Positions 12,520 through 24,997 of a stretch of DNA of 41,282 nucleotides are shown here, in pieces. The notes beneath the pieces were generated by a model, which was given only the letters and a program-made list of their open reading frames with translations, was not told where the DNA came from and did no database searches. The position numbers and the translations under genes were made by a program. The DNA comes from Dimorphilus gyrociliatus (lineage: Eukaryota > Animalia > Annelida): assembly GCA_904063045.1 (NCBI GenBank), contig CAJFCJ010000102.1, forward strand, positions 1-41,282. The letters run 5' to 3'. Position 1 is the first letter of the stretch; each line of letters opens with the position of its first letter.

Positions 12520-14760
12520 GGTTATATAGATAAGGATTGGTGTTGATCTCTCCTCCCTAATTAACTCTACTACATAAAAAACAACTCAAATTATTCAACT
12601 AGTTCAGCAATAAAAACATCATTTTGAATGAGAATTAATGATCACTTACATTACAGAGTAATTCCTGTTGGACAAGCTACCTAACCGTCAACGGATTCTC
12701 ACAAATGTGCAACGGAAGCTTAGTTTCTTCTTCGGTTACAAAAGAAAGTTGACAATGTTTTTAAAGGAATCAGACGAAAACCTCGAATTTCGGATAGTGT
12801 ATGCACAATAAATCCATCTGTATTCAACTCACCAATTTCTGCATTATCATTTGAAAACGATTGCTAAAAATGACACTTATCAAACAAATATTTCTTCGGT
12901 TTACAGTGAAAACGCCATCTACCGTCTATACGAAATACCATTCGAAAGCCCATATACTGCAAATCATTTATCTTAAAGGTTAAAACTAATCAATAAGATG
13001 ATGAATGTTTAATGAAGAGAAACACTGAAAAATACTACAAAGCGTCTAAAATCGTACAGTTTAAAAGTTTCCTTTAACTTGATAACGTTCACATTTGCAT
13101 CGTCCTTTTTTGATTCGATGATAACAAAGATTCTCTACATTAGCGTTAAAATGATAATCTACTGACGATTATTAAATGATACGGTGTCGTTTAAACATTC
13201 AACTATAAACAATTTGCAGAAAATTTACAAAGTGCAGAACCTTCACGTTATGTCTGTACAGTTGATTGGCTTTTACATACAACTTCTTCATTCTACTTTT
13301 CCAGTTTGAAAACGCTAAAATAAAATTCAAGGCATGTCCAAGAATAACATCATGAAAACAGTATTCCAACAGACATTATTCACTTGTCAATTAAATGTCG
13401 ACAATGTCAATCATAATCAATACAACACCGCAAACAGATAAAAAAAAAGAAATAAATTGCAAATAAACGTTTGAGGAAGCGTTCATCGATTCAAACTCAA
13501 CTGCAATTTAAATACGAAAAGTTATACAGTTAAAAAATGTCACATTAATTCAATCGCATCTCGAAACAGGCATTCCAACCGCAATAACTAAATTAGTATC
13601 ATTCGGAAAAAGTCGACAAATCAGTTAAAACTACATTCCAGTCGATTGCAGTAGCTAACCGACAATTCCATTTATTACCGAGATACTTTTAAAGGCGATA
13701 AAAGCTAGTCATTTACTGCCTACAGTTTATACTTTTTCAAACGGCGTAAGCTTGAAAAGGCCAGTTGTTTGATGAATGATAATCAAATAACAATAAAAAC
13801 AAATATAGACGGTGATAAATGATTTATTGATTCCAAAGTCTGCCTTGTAATAATCAAATCAGTAAACAAAGAAACAATTTCACAGCTCACGATGTCACAC
13901 ATTAATGTTGAACTTGTTGTTAAGTCGAACTTAAAAAAGTCCAACCCGGTTGAAAACCATTGAGGATATCAACCACAAAATGTAAGACATCAATGAATGG
14001 AACAAAAAGCCCAAATGTTCTGCCGTTCGCTAGTTCAAACGAGATTCAAGTCTATTCATTAAAGCCAAGAAATTAAACTTTGTGTAGGAGAAAATCCTGT
14101 TTCGAAAGAAAAATAAAAATTAATAATGAAATTCCTGATAAATAAAAGATATAAAGATGCGACGATCAATACTTACTTATTACAAGACATTGAGAAGTGA
14201 TTTCCAAATCTGGTCGTCCTGACTACTGAAAGTCACGAGTTTTGTCTAGACATACGTAGGTGGGAAACTTCCATGGCGAAAAACGTTCAAAGCGCGTTCT
14301 CAATGACAACATGTTACTAAATGCAAGTAAATCGAATTCACTTTTTCACATGTTGGCAGGTCTTTGGAATCAAATGTCAATTATAACCGCCCTTCATTCT
14401 CTTTGAGAAGGCAGTTCATAAAAAAAACTACTTTCTCAAATCAGCCTTTTTGCCCTGATTATTTTAAATTAAACATTCAATAATCTACGTTTAATTGTTA
14501 GTCTTATTTATATTCACATACCTATTCACCAATTTGTCACCATTCCAACAAAGTCATCGTTCTTCATTGACGTCTAGGCGGAGATGCTGCTTCATCGGCG
14601 GCTCGAGCAAAAAGGAAAGAGTAACCGTCCGCAATTACAGTCCTCCTTCACACATACACTAATCAAAATTTTCCAAATTAGTATATCAATCATGGACGCT
14701 TGGTTGTTTTTCTATATATTTGTATATTAATACTCAATATTCGCACCATTTTTCTTTCCA
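12520..14760 (-). pseudogene. Pseudogene copy U2 of the unknown gene family
   Basis: Near-identical to U1 from 13481 onward and diverged on the left. Retains IADGYSFLFARAADE (U1 has TAA at the Tyr) and NVENLCYHR (U1 NVEDLCYHR). Confidence 0.65.
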
Positions 14761-15492
14761 ATATTAGTACTCTATCGTCTCTTGATTTCTTTGTTTTATC
14801 GTTATTTTCGAATGTTTATCAAAAATCTATTATTGAACATATTTATGTTGGAAATCGCAACAGAATATGATCAATTTATTTCATAAAATGCAATTTAACG
14901 ATAATGTATTTTTTTACGAAAGTTTTCACGTCCCTCCAATATTTAAATGCTTTTAAAACTTTAATAATCACTTTCTACTTTCAAATGCAATGTTTAATAG
15001 GTTTTAATGATGAAATATTTTGTTAGCAGTCAATATTTTGGAATGAGTATGACAGAACTTTACAAAAGTGTAGCATTAGTAAACTGAATCGCTATTTTTA
15101 AAATATTGACGGTTTCAGTAGGCAAAGTTGACATTTCGAAGGTTATTCCATTACAAATACGGCAAGTTAGAGTGTAATTATATAGCTGAAATATTATAGA
15201 ATATAATGAATATACAATATTGTTATGATTCACTCGATTTCAACGTATTATTCTGTTTTAAAACGAAAGACATCAACGAATGATCGATTGTGACGTCATT
15301 CAGTCACTTTGAGATGACACGTGCTTTTTTCATCATCGAATTTCTTGGAAGTCGCAACACATTTGACAAATGTGAATATATTTTGCAGTATTTCGAGGTA
15401 GATAGTACCTGGCTTATATCGTCATGCAACTTAAAATGATGAAGATTTAATTAAAATCGAATGTTTTAATATCGCCGCCATATTTGAATTGT
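13481..15492 (+). repeat. Direct segmental duplication, copy 2 (partner 5714-7722)
   Basis: Direct sequence comparison. Confidence 0.95.
15285..15492. promoter_or_regulatory. CRE/E-box/YY1 cassette, copy 2
   Basis: TGACGTCA 15291-15298, CACGTG 15318-15323, GCCATATTT 15477-15485. Confidence 0.7.
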
Positions 15493-16623
15493 GATCAGTA
15501 TAAACTATGGCTTAAATTAACTAAAGCCCTAACGAATATTGTTGATCATGTCCTTTACGGTATTTAATTAATGTGTTAGTTTGATAGAATATGATTGGAA
15601 ATTATATTATAGACTTGTTTCTTAATAGAAAAACAGGATCGATTTGTTTTCGATGCATTATGTGATCACCCCAAATAATTTCTTCCCTCTTCATATTCCT
15701 AACATTAATTTCATCTATCATCTCAATTCAAGCCTCTACTAATTAAATTATCATATAAATGTCACTTGAAACAAATATAATCTTCTTTATTCGCCTTGTT
15801 AATATATCAAATTCTCTATTATACATTTTCTACCTCATGCCGTCGAATCTATATTTATTGTTCTCGAAGTGGTAGCGTCTAGTTCTTTTAACCCTCAAAT
15901 CTTTTATTTAATTAGGTATCTTCATAAAACTAGCAGTTGTTTTCTTCCATCAATGATTGCGCTCAGTGACAAACTCTTCTAATCGATCGCTATTCTCCAT
16001 ATCATAGCTTTCTTTTCAAGCTTCCTAGGTCTAGGAGGAGTACAACGTGGATACTCGGTTTACATCACGGAATGTAATTTATCCAAATCATTTGAGAAGC
16101 TCTCTCGTAGCCGAACGATGTAGTTTTCTCAACACCTATACACATCAACTTTAGAAAGAAAGAGATTCTCTGCGTTTAGACTTCCATAACTCTCCAGAAA
16201 CAGGATTTATTACATGCCTAAAAGGCACAAGGGCACCTATTTGACACTCATTTAGATGATAACTAAATAGGGTTATATCCCAACTGATTTTTTTCCACAA
16301 CCACAATTGTTCCAGCTGAATGACTCTTCTTCCTAGCTTTATCCTCTCTTCGAATTCTATACCTTATAGACGAAACAAATGAACCAGCTTTTACCCTTAA
16401 AATTATAGGACACCAATGATACTGATCTTATGAATACTCCGATTTTAATAACCTAGAATTTGGCTCCTACAAAATTCCAACTGATGATTTATCGTCCAGC
16501 GACTACCGACTCCCGACAAAGTAGATAACCGAATAGTCAGTCATTCCTTATAATTCAACTGTTCGAGTTATCATTTTAGGCAGTTGATGTAATTCATGCA
16601 CTTGGAATTAAAGATTGCTATTA

Positions 16624-16640
16624 CCCTAACCTAACCCTAA
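16624..16640 (-). repeat. Short telomere-like CCCTAACCTAACCCTAA motif
   Basis: Read directly; it is the inverse orientation of the motif at 3683-3702. Confidence 0.7.
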
Positions 16641-16729
16641 GCGCTTTGTAGTCCACTTCCTTGCAGGAGGAGCCCCTATCAACTAAACCCTTTCCTAGTA
16701 CTCACTCATTGAATTACTTCGAACCGCCG

Positions 16730-17050
16730 TATGCTTCTTTTTCACTTTCTTCTGATCTTTATTCCAAAGAAGACTGGGGCTAGTCTTCCACCTATTAACC
16801 CCTTCAGGGTCCTCCTTCTTAATAGCGCCATTCTCCTTTTATCAGAAGTTACAGTCACATTAGCACACGACGCCCTAATAGACATGAGAAGAAGCACCGT
16901 TTACTACTGCTGACAGAGTATTCGGTACAGTATTCTTTATAGCGACCTGGATTCCACAGACTACCTGTTCTTATTGTGTCCTTTAATCGACTTATCATTT
17001 TGCAACTTTCGAACCCTTACTATGAGTGATTCGGCAATCATCGTTAGAGT
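16730..17050 (+). mobile_element. LINE RT domain 1-2 fragment
   Basis: LIFIPKKTG..INPFRVLLLNSAILLLSE resembles 'LIPK.G...N.RPI.LLN..YKL'. It is homologous to 25248-25325, with mostly third-position changes (RVLLLN in both). Confidence 0.55.
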
Positions 17051-17149
17051 AGCTGTTAATAGAATTATATAGATATATGGTAATGATAAGATAAACCTTT
17101 CCGCCATGTTCCATTTAGTCGACGCCACACTGTACTGTGAATGGATGGA

Positions 17150-19180
17150 TACGAGTCTTCTCAGTTAGCCACTGAGTTGGTTTACGTATTGGATCTCTGT
17201 CGAATTACCTTTTGTACTCATCCGTATATTCTTCCGGAAGTGTGTACAAAAATGTTCTTGTGTAAATCAGCCAGGAGAACTAGGTATCATGTCCTTGTTT
17301 GGTAAAGTACACGAATCATTCGGTATTGCGGGACCAGGCGCCCAGCGACCCAACAACGAATGGCAAAATGCAAACAGTGTTGCCATTGGTCTCCAGTTCG
17401 GTCTTAATGACCTTCTCTTCAGCAGATTTGGCCAAGGTACCGGGGCGCTCAAAGGGAACCGCAATATCGATTATATCAATTCTAGAGCCATTACGAACAA
17501 CGATGTCCGGCCTAAGGCGGGAACCAGACTCGCAGATGGTACGATTGACCGAGGTCGTCGCTCCCTGAGGGAGACGAGCGCCTTTGACTAGTCTGTCCTG
17601 AATGGCGTTATGCCTATCGCCATATAGGCCGTAACCACTGCGGCCGTTATCTTCGGGCAGAGCTCTTCGGAAAAATGCCACTCTAAATTAATTGTTTTGC
17701 ATAGGCAAGTGGACACCGACCGAGTTACCGAAATAACAGTCTGAGAGGTGGAAGAAGAGGAGGAGAAGGGATAGGCCACTGAACCATTAAGGTAATCTGC
17801 CAAGAGTTGGGGTGTAACGGGAATGCCCCTTGGTACCCGGGATATAGCCGCCTTTACAAGTGCATCGCTAGACAAGAACTTGATCGCGGAGTCGGAGGAT
17901 TTAAGGAGTTGGAAAATGTGTCCAACCCTGGCCACATCAACGTCGACCCGAGCCGGAATAACACCAACACCACCCATTCGTGCCGGGGCCGCAAAAAACT
18001 ATTTAGAAGAAGCCTTGCCGGTAGTGGACATAGCAGTCCGCACTGCGTTGAATACCACCTTATCCAGAGAGGAGAGTTGCTCCTTGCTGAAACGGTGGGT
18101 GTGCAGAGCGAACTGAATGTGTGGTAAGATGTAAAATTTGACGCACGTCACCTTTTGCCAAGGGGCAAGATTGGAGTTAATGTGGGTTAGGAACTCAATC
18201 CTATCAAGGACGTCAGCATAGGCAAAACCGCAAATAGATGAAGACCGTTGACCTTAGACATCCGCCTGGACGGCGATCTTAAACCCTTCTCTGTCCTTGG
18301 AGGCATTAACACTGCAAAGTGATCCGAAAGGACTTAAGGCAATCCGGTACACTACCAAATTTTTCCAGAAAAGGTGATAAAAGGCATGCAATAGGATGGC
18401 ATGCGGATCAAACTTTTTAAGGTCCTTGTATGTGATGCGATCCAGACCGGGAGGGGTGTTGCTCGTCCTTTTAAGTTGGCCTACAAATTTCATTACGCGA
18501 GGGGGGCGGAGGAGAGGGTGATTGGGATCATTCTCCTCAATTCTATCCACTTCGCTACTTTCTCTATCAAAACATACCGGCGAAATGGGGGAGGGTTCCT
18601 GTGCAAGGTTAAGTTCTTCCTGGTCTGGCGGGGGCGCAGGAATAGGGAGAAATTCGCGATCAGGGCTCCATTGGAAATCCGCCGGAAGTGTCGCGACCGA
18701 TTCCGAGAAGAAATTGAACATTTCTTCTGTAGAGGCCGTGCACCTAGCTTCCTCTGGATTGGTGATACGGCGGCGGAATGTACTGGCCAGGTTTCGTTTG
18801 AAGGATCTTTGGACGTTAGAGGCGGAGTACCAGGGATTATTGGCTGCGTTGGAGGGAGGACGGGCGAAATTACGGTTGGTGTAGCGGTTACCAACAATTT
18901 CGTGTACCTGTGCCTTAACGTGCGCAATAACCTCTATCCAGGAGTTGAAGGAGGCTAGTCGCGAGTGGGAGAGACCCTGCCCGCGGCGGGACCGTCCGCA
19001 ATGCTAGATCCACCAGGGAGTGGGGACGACCCCTGTGAAGGAGAATCAGGGCGCGGGCAGACAGGGGCGTTCCTGGTACTAATAGGTGGTGATTTTGACT
19101 GTTCGTTGATAATTAGAATATCCATAGGCGACGAAGGGGTTTCGGAGTTAGCTGATGAACTGACTGGAAATTCGAATATT
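17150..19180 (-). mobile_element. R2/NeSL-type non-LTR retrotransposon with restriction-like endonuclease, internally deleted, copy B
   Basis: LKRTSNTPPGLDRITYKDLKKFDP (RT0), FAYADVL, NLAPWQKV..FYILP, APARMGGVGV, RHNAIQDRLVK, LRPDIVV..IIDIAVPFE (PD..D RLE), PFVVGSLGAW; Pro/Ser-rich N-terminal region at 18700-19180. Confidence 0.92.
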
Positions 19181-20199
19181 TAAATACAAGATATTTTATT
19201 CTTTCAGTGAAAAGCAAAAGGGAATAAAAATTCTTTGCTGTTTTTGTTTATAATCTCTTTCAAGAACGGTTTTGTTCAACTGTACTTGTTGTTTGAATAA
19301 GCTGATGATCTAATGATATATTTCATTAAAATCTCCTCCAGTATACTCATTTCGTCTTTTTTTACATCAAAATTCTTTCTGAATTGTCATTTTTACCTTC
19401 CATTTTCCGATTTTATTTATTTTACAACTTCTCAAAATCCATTCGAATGAATGATCCATTCGAAATTAGGTTCATCTACCGCATTAAAAAAACATAAAGC
19501 GTTTAAATAGCGATTGTGCAAGCATTTAATAAAACTTGAATGTAATTAAAGATATACTTTATCAAAAAAGAAACAACGTTGAATGGAAAGAAAATAAGTT
19601 GTTCAAATTTTAATGTGGACAAGAGGCGACATCTACAGTATTATACACTTGCGCGGTAAATTCAAATTTACACGAGAATTATTATACGTATGAATAGCAA
19701 GTATTTAATAGAGACTATTTAATATACTAATAATGGAATGATGCTCAACGAATAACTTCCGTTGATAAGATATTAATCACTTTTAGCTAAAGATGCGTTT
19801 TTATTAATTATAAACTCATTGCTGCTAGAAGAACGAAGATAGACGATTACGTCTCTCGATTGTTTGTTTGCGCTTGTTAGTATTCTTAAAATAAGATAGC
19901 TTTTTCCTAGCGCATAATTTTTATAAATAAAAAGAAATCAACTAGACTCAAATTGTTTCATGTATTTTAAATGCAAAGAGTTACAGTATTCCCGATCGTT
20001 TTAGAGGCGCCTATATATTTCTTTTCGCTATGTTTTATACATTGTTTCTCGAGTTATCAGCATAGGTAATGGACTTGACTTGGATACTGAGAGGAAAACG
20101 CAGAACCCACAGGCAAAAAATATTTACAATAGTTACAAAAATTTACAAAAAAACCATTGTTTTACATTACAAAAATGTAATAATTTTCTCTAGTGTAGA

Positions 20200-20960
20200 G
20201 GACTGACTGCTGTAACGCTAGCACGGCTCCACTCCGCAGATTTCAAAAAAGATTGAACATTGAAAAAGACGTATTCAATATATAACGCTTCCAACCCTAA
20301 AAATAGACAAAATTAGTAAAAGATTGATTAATCAATATCATATAAATTACCTAGAAACGACGTTAAAACGCCCACTAGATTCCAATACTTCCTTGAATTG
20401 CTACTATCAACTTCAAAGACGAGGTCTCGAACATCTAACGAAAGTCTAACGCTTGTACTTCAGCTCATTCAGAATAGCCAAATCAAACAGTCAGCGAAAA
20501 CTAGAAAATAAAACACAAAATTAATTATTATCAAGTATTGATAATTACAACGCAACTTACAGAAATGAATATAGATAGCCTCCAATGTGATCAACAAGAT
20601 TCCACGTCGTAGATCGGGAATACTGCACTCTTCGCATTTATTGCCTTCTGCTCCTATAAAAAAATCTCATTAATATTGTTTATAAACAATTTAGAGTAAT
20701 ACAATTTACAAAAGGTAATTGAGTAAGTATGAAAAACAACTGACCTTAAACCAATTCAGCATCACCCGCATAAACATTCAATACTTCATGACGATGAAAG
20801 TTCGCTTAGTTGTTGACTCGTCGGCGTCAGGAGCAGAAAGGAAAGAGCTGTCTCCGATATTTGAGGCATTCTTTTTAGCTCTCGAACTACTATGATACTC
20901 TTTCAGAAGAAAATCATGAACGGCTCATAAAAAAGTATATATCCGCCATTTTATATTTCC
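20200..20960 (-). pseudogene. Highly diverged copy U4 of the unknown gene family (5' part)
   Basis: NIGDSSFLSAPDADE aligns with IADGYSFLFARAADE (U2) and ISRGHSFLFAREADG (U3). AAAATGGCGGA start-like motif at ~20942-20952; minus-strand splice sites near 20743, 20680 and 20553. Confidence 0.5.
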
Positions 20961-21143
20961 ACTTCATTCACAACATCTTGTCTTAGACGCTTTGTTTTTA
21001 GAACATTTTCGAATTTATATCAAAATACATATTTTCACATACTTTCCAATAAATTATATTAAATATCATATTTTATCTATTCTAAAAAAAATATTATCTT
21101 TAAAAAGAGCAATTTTACGAAATCATCGACTTGCCGCTTAAAT

Positions 21144-22529
21144 TTCAAGTTTTCTTTTTCATAATTCACGCATTTTTATAAAATTAATTGCTTTTTAACT
21201 TATTTTAAAACATAAAATATTTTCTAAACTAATCTATCTTTCCAATGCTTGCACTAAAAATATCAAAAATTACTTGATGCAATAACAAAAACATATTTTG
21301 TAAAAAATTTCCTCTTTTTTTCAATAAAATTCTCATTTTCAAGAGAATTGAATCCTAACTGTTCAAAACAGTAATACATGTCTATTTCTGAATACCCGAA
21401 GTATCCGATGAATGTATCCTGAATAACAAGTACATTGAATTTACGTATTTATTAGCGAGTAAAACGAAAGGTGTTCACTAATAGCCGATCGTGACGTCAT
21501 TCGCCTCCTCCAAGTCCCACGTGGCTTTTTTCACGTTGAAATTTCTTCAAAGACACAATGCGTTCATCTATAATCAATACATTTTCCATTTCATTGTAAA
21601 CGCAAGCATATTAACTCAATTAAAACACGATCCATTATATCAATTTTAATATCGAAAATTGAAGATTTGTGATTCGGCGGCCATATTTGATTTGTGACAG
21701 TTTTTAAAGCCGTATTACACGTGAATGTCTATCTAATGTGAATCATTTGTAGGCTTTGATGATGGTGATTATAAGAGTAAAAATGCAAGTGATACTAGTA
21801 ATACAATCAGAGTTGGTTTTAAACATAAAACGCCATGTTGACTGAAACGTCTAACGTTGACTGAAGAAAATAACTACGAAAACTACGATTTCTCAGCTTC
21901 ACTAAGCCCAATTTTTAGATAAGTCACTTTATTATAGTAGGACTGATGAAGTGAATGATTTAAAGATTCAAAGAAGCTTTGATTGGCGATGAAACGACCA
22001 ACAGCATAACGACAAATCGTTGACGAGGTAAACAAAGTACGTTAAAACGGAAAATTATCGACGATTATCATGGATAAAAGGAGAATAGAAGAAATATTCA
22101 CTTCAAGTATTCCTTTCATCTGCTCTATTCGCCTTCAAATCATATTAATATCTTTTGTTCAAGCTTGAAGGAAGGAATACTTTGGATTTGTGTGTTCATC
22201 TTGCAGACATTTACTTGAAAATGAATGATGAATGGCGCTTAAATTTAGTTTTATATCGTATAGAAAGAAAAATGAGTTAATATGCGTCGAGTTGAAGTTG
22301 ACACGACTGGAAGAAGTTTGTTCATACACGTTTGTTTGGCATAAGATGATATTTTCCGTTGGGAAAATTCCCATTATCTGATTTCTCGAAAGAGAAAAGC
22401 GATTACTCTTAAATGCTATATTCTATGATGAGAGTTTTATATTATCTTTAGACAGACGTCCATCAATGTATCGTTAGACGTTTAACAAAACAATGCTCTC
22501 CACTGGTGTTAATTAACGCTTGATAATTA
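21144..22529 (+). repeat. Duplication block A, copy 1 (partner 31078-32463)
   Basis: Near-identical by direct comparison, with only a handful of substitutions. Confidence 0.95.
21488..21700. promoter_or_regulatory. CRE/E-box/YY1 cassette, copy 3 (second subfamily)
   Basis: TGACGTCA 21492-21499, CACGTG 21518-21523, GCCATATTT 21680-21688. Confidence 0.7.
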
Positions 22530-22536
22530 TCAAGTC

Positions 22537-22908
22537 GCTCTTCTATTAGAGTCCAAAGAAAGAGTTTGACGTCGATGATACGCAATCGGTTTTTATCGTT
22601 TGATTGTATAATAGATTCGTATAAGCTTGAATAGAGAAGAAGTAAAACGTTCGAAATGGAACGTTTTCAACAATTTCCTTTTTGTGGACATTTTATGTAA
22701 ATTCTATTAAAAGTAATAGAATGTTTTTATTTCATAGAAATTATTCTTTCAAAATGCGTCAATTAATTTGTCTATTTTTTACGTCATATTCTATTTCTTT
22801 TTATAGAATATATAGGCTAACAATATGATTGTTGCCTTAACAACTGTCTGTAAACAATACGCAACATTATTATTAAAACTTGTTTAATATCTCTTCCTCT
22901 CTCTCTTT
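22537..22908 (+). repeat. Duplication block B, copy 1 (partner 34401-34771)
   Basis: Near-identical by direct comparison. Confidence 0.95.
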
Positions 22909-23611
22909 TTACAGAAATATATAAGTGTTAGTGGAGAGACTGGGTAAGTATAAACTTTACTTAGTGAAGTATACTGTTTAGTTGGCAATGTACAGTTTGA
23001 ACACTGTAGATTGTATGTCTTCTTATAATTGCATTCTTTATCCATCCTTCATGTTTGATATAGTAAAGAGTATATACAATAAATATATTTATTTGTATAC
23101 ATACATGCATATATCATTTTTTCTCTTTTCTCTATCTCTGCCCCTGTGTACTTTTATCTGTCTTATCAATGTTAATTATAAACTTTTAAAGAGTCGTCAA
23201 GGAAGTTGTCTGGAAGAGAAAATTGTAAATTGAAAGTCATATGAAGGTTGAAAGGTTAAAAAATATCGAGAGAGAGAGAGGTATACTCGCAATTTTGTTA
23301 CTGTTATTTTTTTATCTATAGTAAAGATACAGCAAAGGGTTTTATTTGCCTTTTCAACCATTTGTTTACTGTAAAAATTTGAAATAGCTACAAGTTGACT
23401 ATATGATATAATTTACTAATGAGATTATACAGATCATCTTGACGTCATGTTTCTAAATTCTGCTATTTCTTTTAAGATCTGTTTAACGAATTACTCAGAC
23501 AAAATAATGGACTTAATCTCAAGTGAATTGTTTACCAGCACTCTCACTGCTGAAAGGCGGAATCACTCTGAGGGTATCGATAGAAAGATAGGGATAAATA
23601 GTATCGAGTGA

Positions 23612-24074
23612 ATCTCTGATAAAACTCATAGTAGTCGTCGTAGTAGTTTTACTCGACGTGAAAGAAGAGAACGAAGAAATGTCTATGTAACGGAATATAT
23701 TCTTTAGTTTAAACAACAAGAAAGGCAAGAAGAAAAAGAGTTTTATCGTTATTCCTTGTATAGGAGAAAAGGAGAATTGAAAAATTTGTCTATCGTAAAA
23801 CACACCAACAAAATTTGTATGTTTGAATCTAAAAAGATGCACTGCACTGGACACACCCACTTGTTAATAGGAGAGAAAACTGAAGATGATTAAGAAGATA
23901 TCAAAATCACTTGAATCGAATGATAGGCGAAGACTGAAAGATTGTTTTCAATTACGTTATTTAACAAATTGTATTTATTTAACCGAAAAAGCATACTGGT
24001 GTGAAAAATGTAAAATAAATAAAAGAGAGAAGAAAGAAAGAGAAGAAGAAGAAGAAAAAAGAGCAAATCCTTGA
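23612..24074 (+). pseudogene. Decayed intronless-looking ORF of unknown origin (possible HUH Rep-like relic)
   Basis: One frame runs 23612-23893 with a single internal stop and contains FESKKMHCTGHTHLLIG. A +1 frame (23886-24074) has NCIYLTEKAYWCEKCK and an E/K-rich tail. Confidence 0.3.
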
Positions 24075-24489
24075 AAATCAATAAATTCTTATTTGATAAT
24101 TATCGTCATTTGGTTTGGTTTTAAATATTATTGCTATTTTCTTCTTCTTCTTCTTCTTCTTCCTTTTCTTTTCTTCCCTTTTCGTCTCGTTTATTAAATA
24201 TAATTTTTTATAAATTTTTGTCAAATAGCATTGGGATCCTTGGCAAGTTTCGTCACTTTCCGGGCATCATTCGTGCGCACTTCCTGATTGAGAGGGCAAC
24301 ATTTATAACCTCCTTCGCAACAATCACTAACCGTAATCCTTTCCCAACAGCAAATTTCACCTTGTATCAAGCAAGTCTTGTCTTGTATATGATGGATTAT
24401 AACCAAGGGGAAAGAGTATTTACATTTGGTTCTATCTTATATGTATCTATTTCGTTCATTTAGTAATTAATTAATTGTCTTAATTAATT

Positions 24490-24997
24490 ATTGTTGTTTG
24501 TTTACTTTAAACATTGTTTCTAATTTCAATACTAGTTCATCGAGGAGAGAAGAGGCGACTGTGTCCGGAGGATATTCATAGTAAATGTCATTGGATATCA
24601 CCAATTTCTAAAGACTGTCTTTATCATTTAAATAAAAGTTGGTGAATGTTTGTTGAAGGAAGGGAAATGTTCTTCAATGTTTGGTGTATGTGTGTGTGTG
24701 TGTTTGTCTTCATGTTTGTCTGTGTGTCTGTTGCTGTGTTTGTGACAATTAAAAGTATGTGACGTCATTGAAAATGAGTATTCCACGTGTGTTTTCCAGA
24801 ATGGAATTTCTGGCGAGTTATACCATTTTCATCGAATATCATTACATTTTCGGATTGATTGTAAATTAGAGTATATTATTACATATCGCATTCAACCTAA
24901 CATGTTGATTTTCTAATCGAAAATCAAAGGTTGAAAATTTCGGCGGCCATATTTAATTTGTGACATGTTGAAAGAAAACATGTGATTATTAGTGGAT
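24490..24997 (+). repeat. Duplication block C, copy 1 (partner 35051-35558)
   Basis: Near-identical, including the (TG)n tract and the cassette. Confidence 0.95.
24755..24966. promoter_or_regulatory. CRE/E-box/YY1 cassette, copy 4 (third subfamily)
   Basis: TGACGTCA 24760-24767, CACGTG 24784-24789, GCCATATTT 24946-24954. Confidence 0.7.

Noticed and set aside
15900-16450. Possible LTR integrase C-terminal relic
   Set aside because: Looks like decayed coding DNA, but no diagnostic motif could be read.
17267-19183. Many overlapping ORFs on both strands listed in the ORF track
   Set aside because: These are antisense or alternative frames of the GC-richer retrotransposon, not separate genes. 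The same applies to ORFs at 2626, 26225-27943 and 40791-41012.
19000-19200. GC-rich 5' end of R2-like copy B as an HDV-like ribozyme
   Set aside because: Reads as Pro/Ser-rich coding sequence; no P1/P3/L3 pattern was found and the element appears 5'-truncated.
19622-19638. CTCF-like motif (AGAGGCGACATCTACAG)
   Set aside because: A single short match with no supporting context.
20735-20760. GGTTTAAG|GTCAG as a spliced-leader exon or NeSL target
   Set aside because: Only 7 nt match nematode SL1, there is no Sm site or SL hairpin, and it is not adjacent to an element end.
21943-21995. CTGATGA...GAAAC hammerhead-like core (also at 31877 and, on the minus strand, 36695-36702)
   Set aside because: No convincing stem II immediately closing onto GAAA and no stems I/III with a cleavage triplet.
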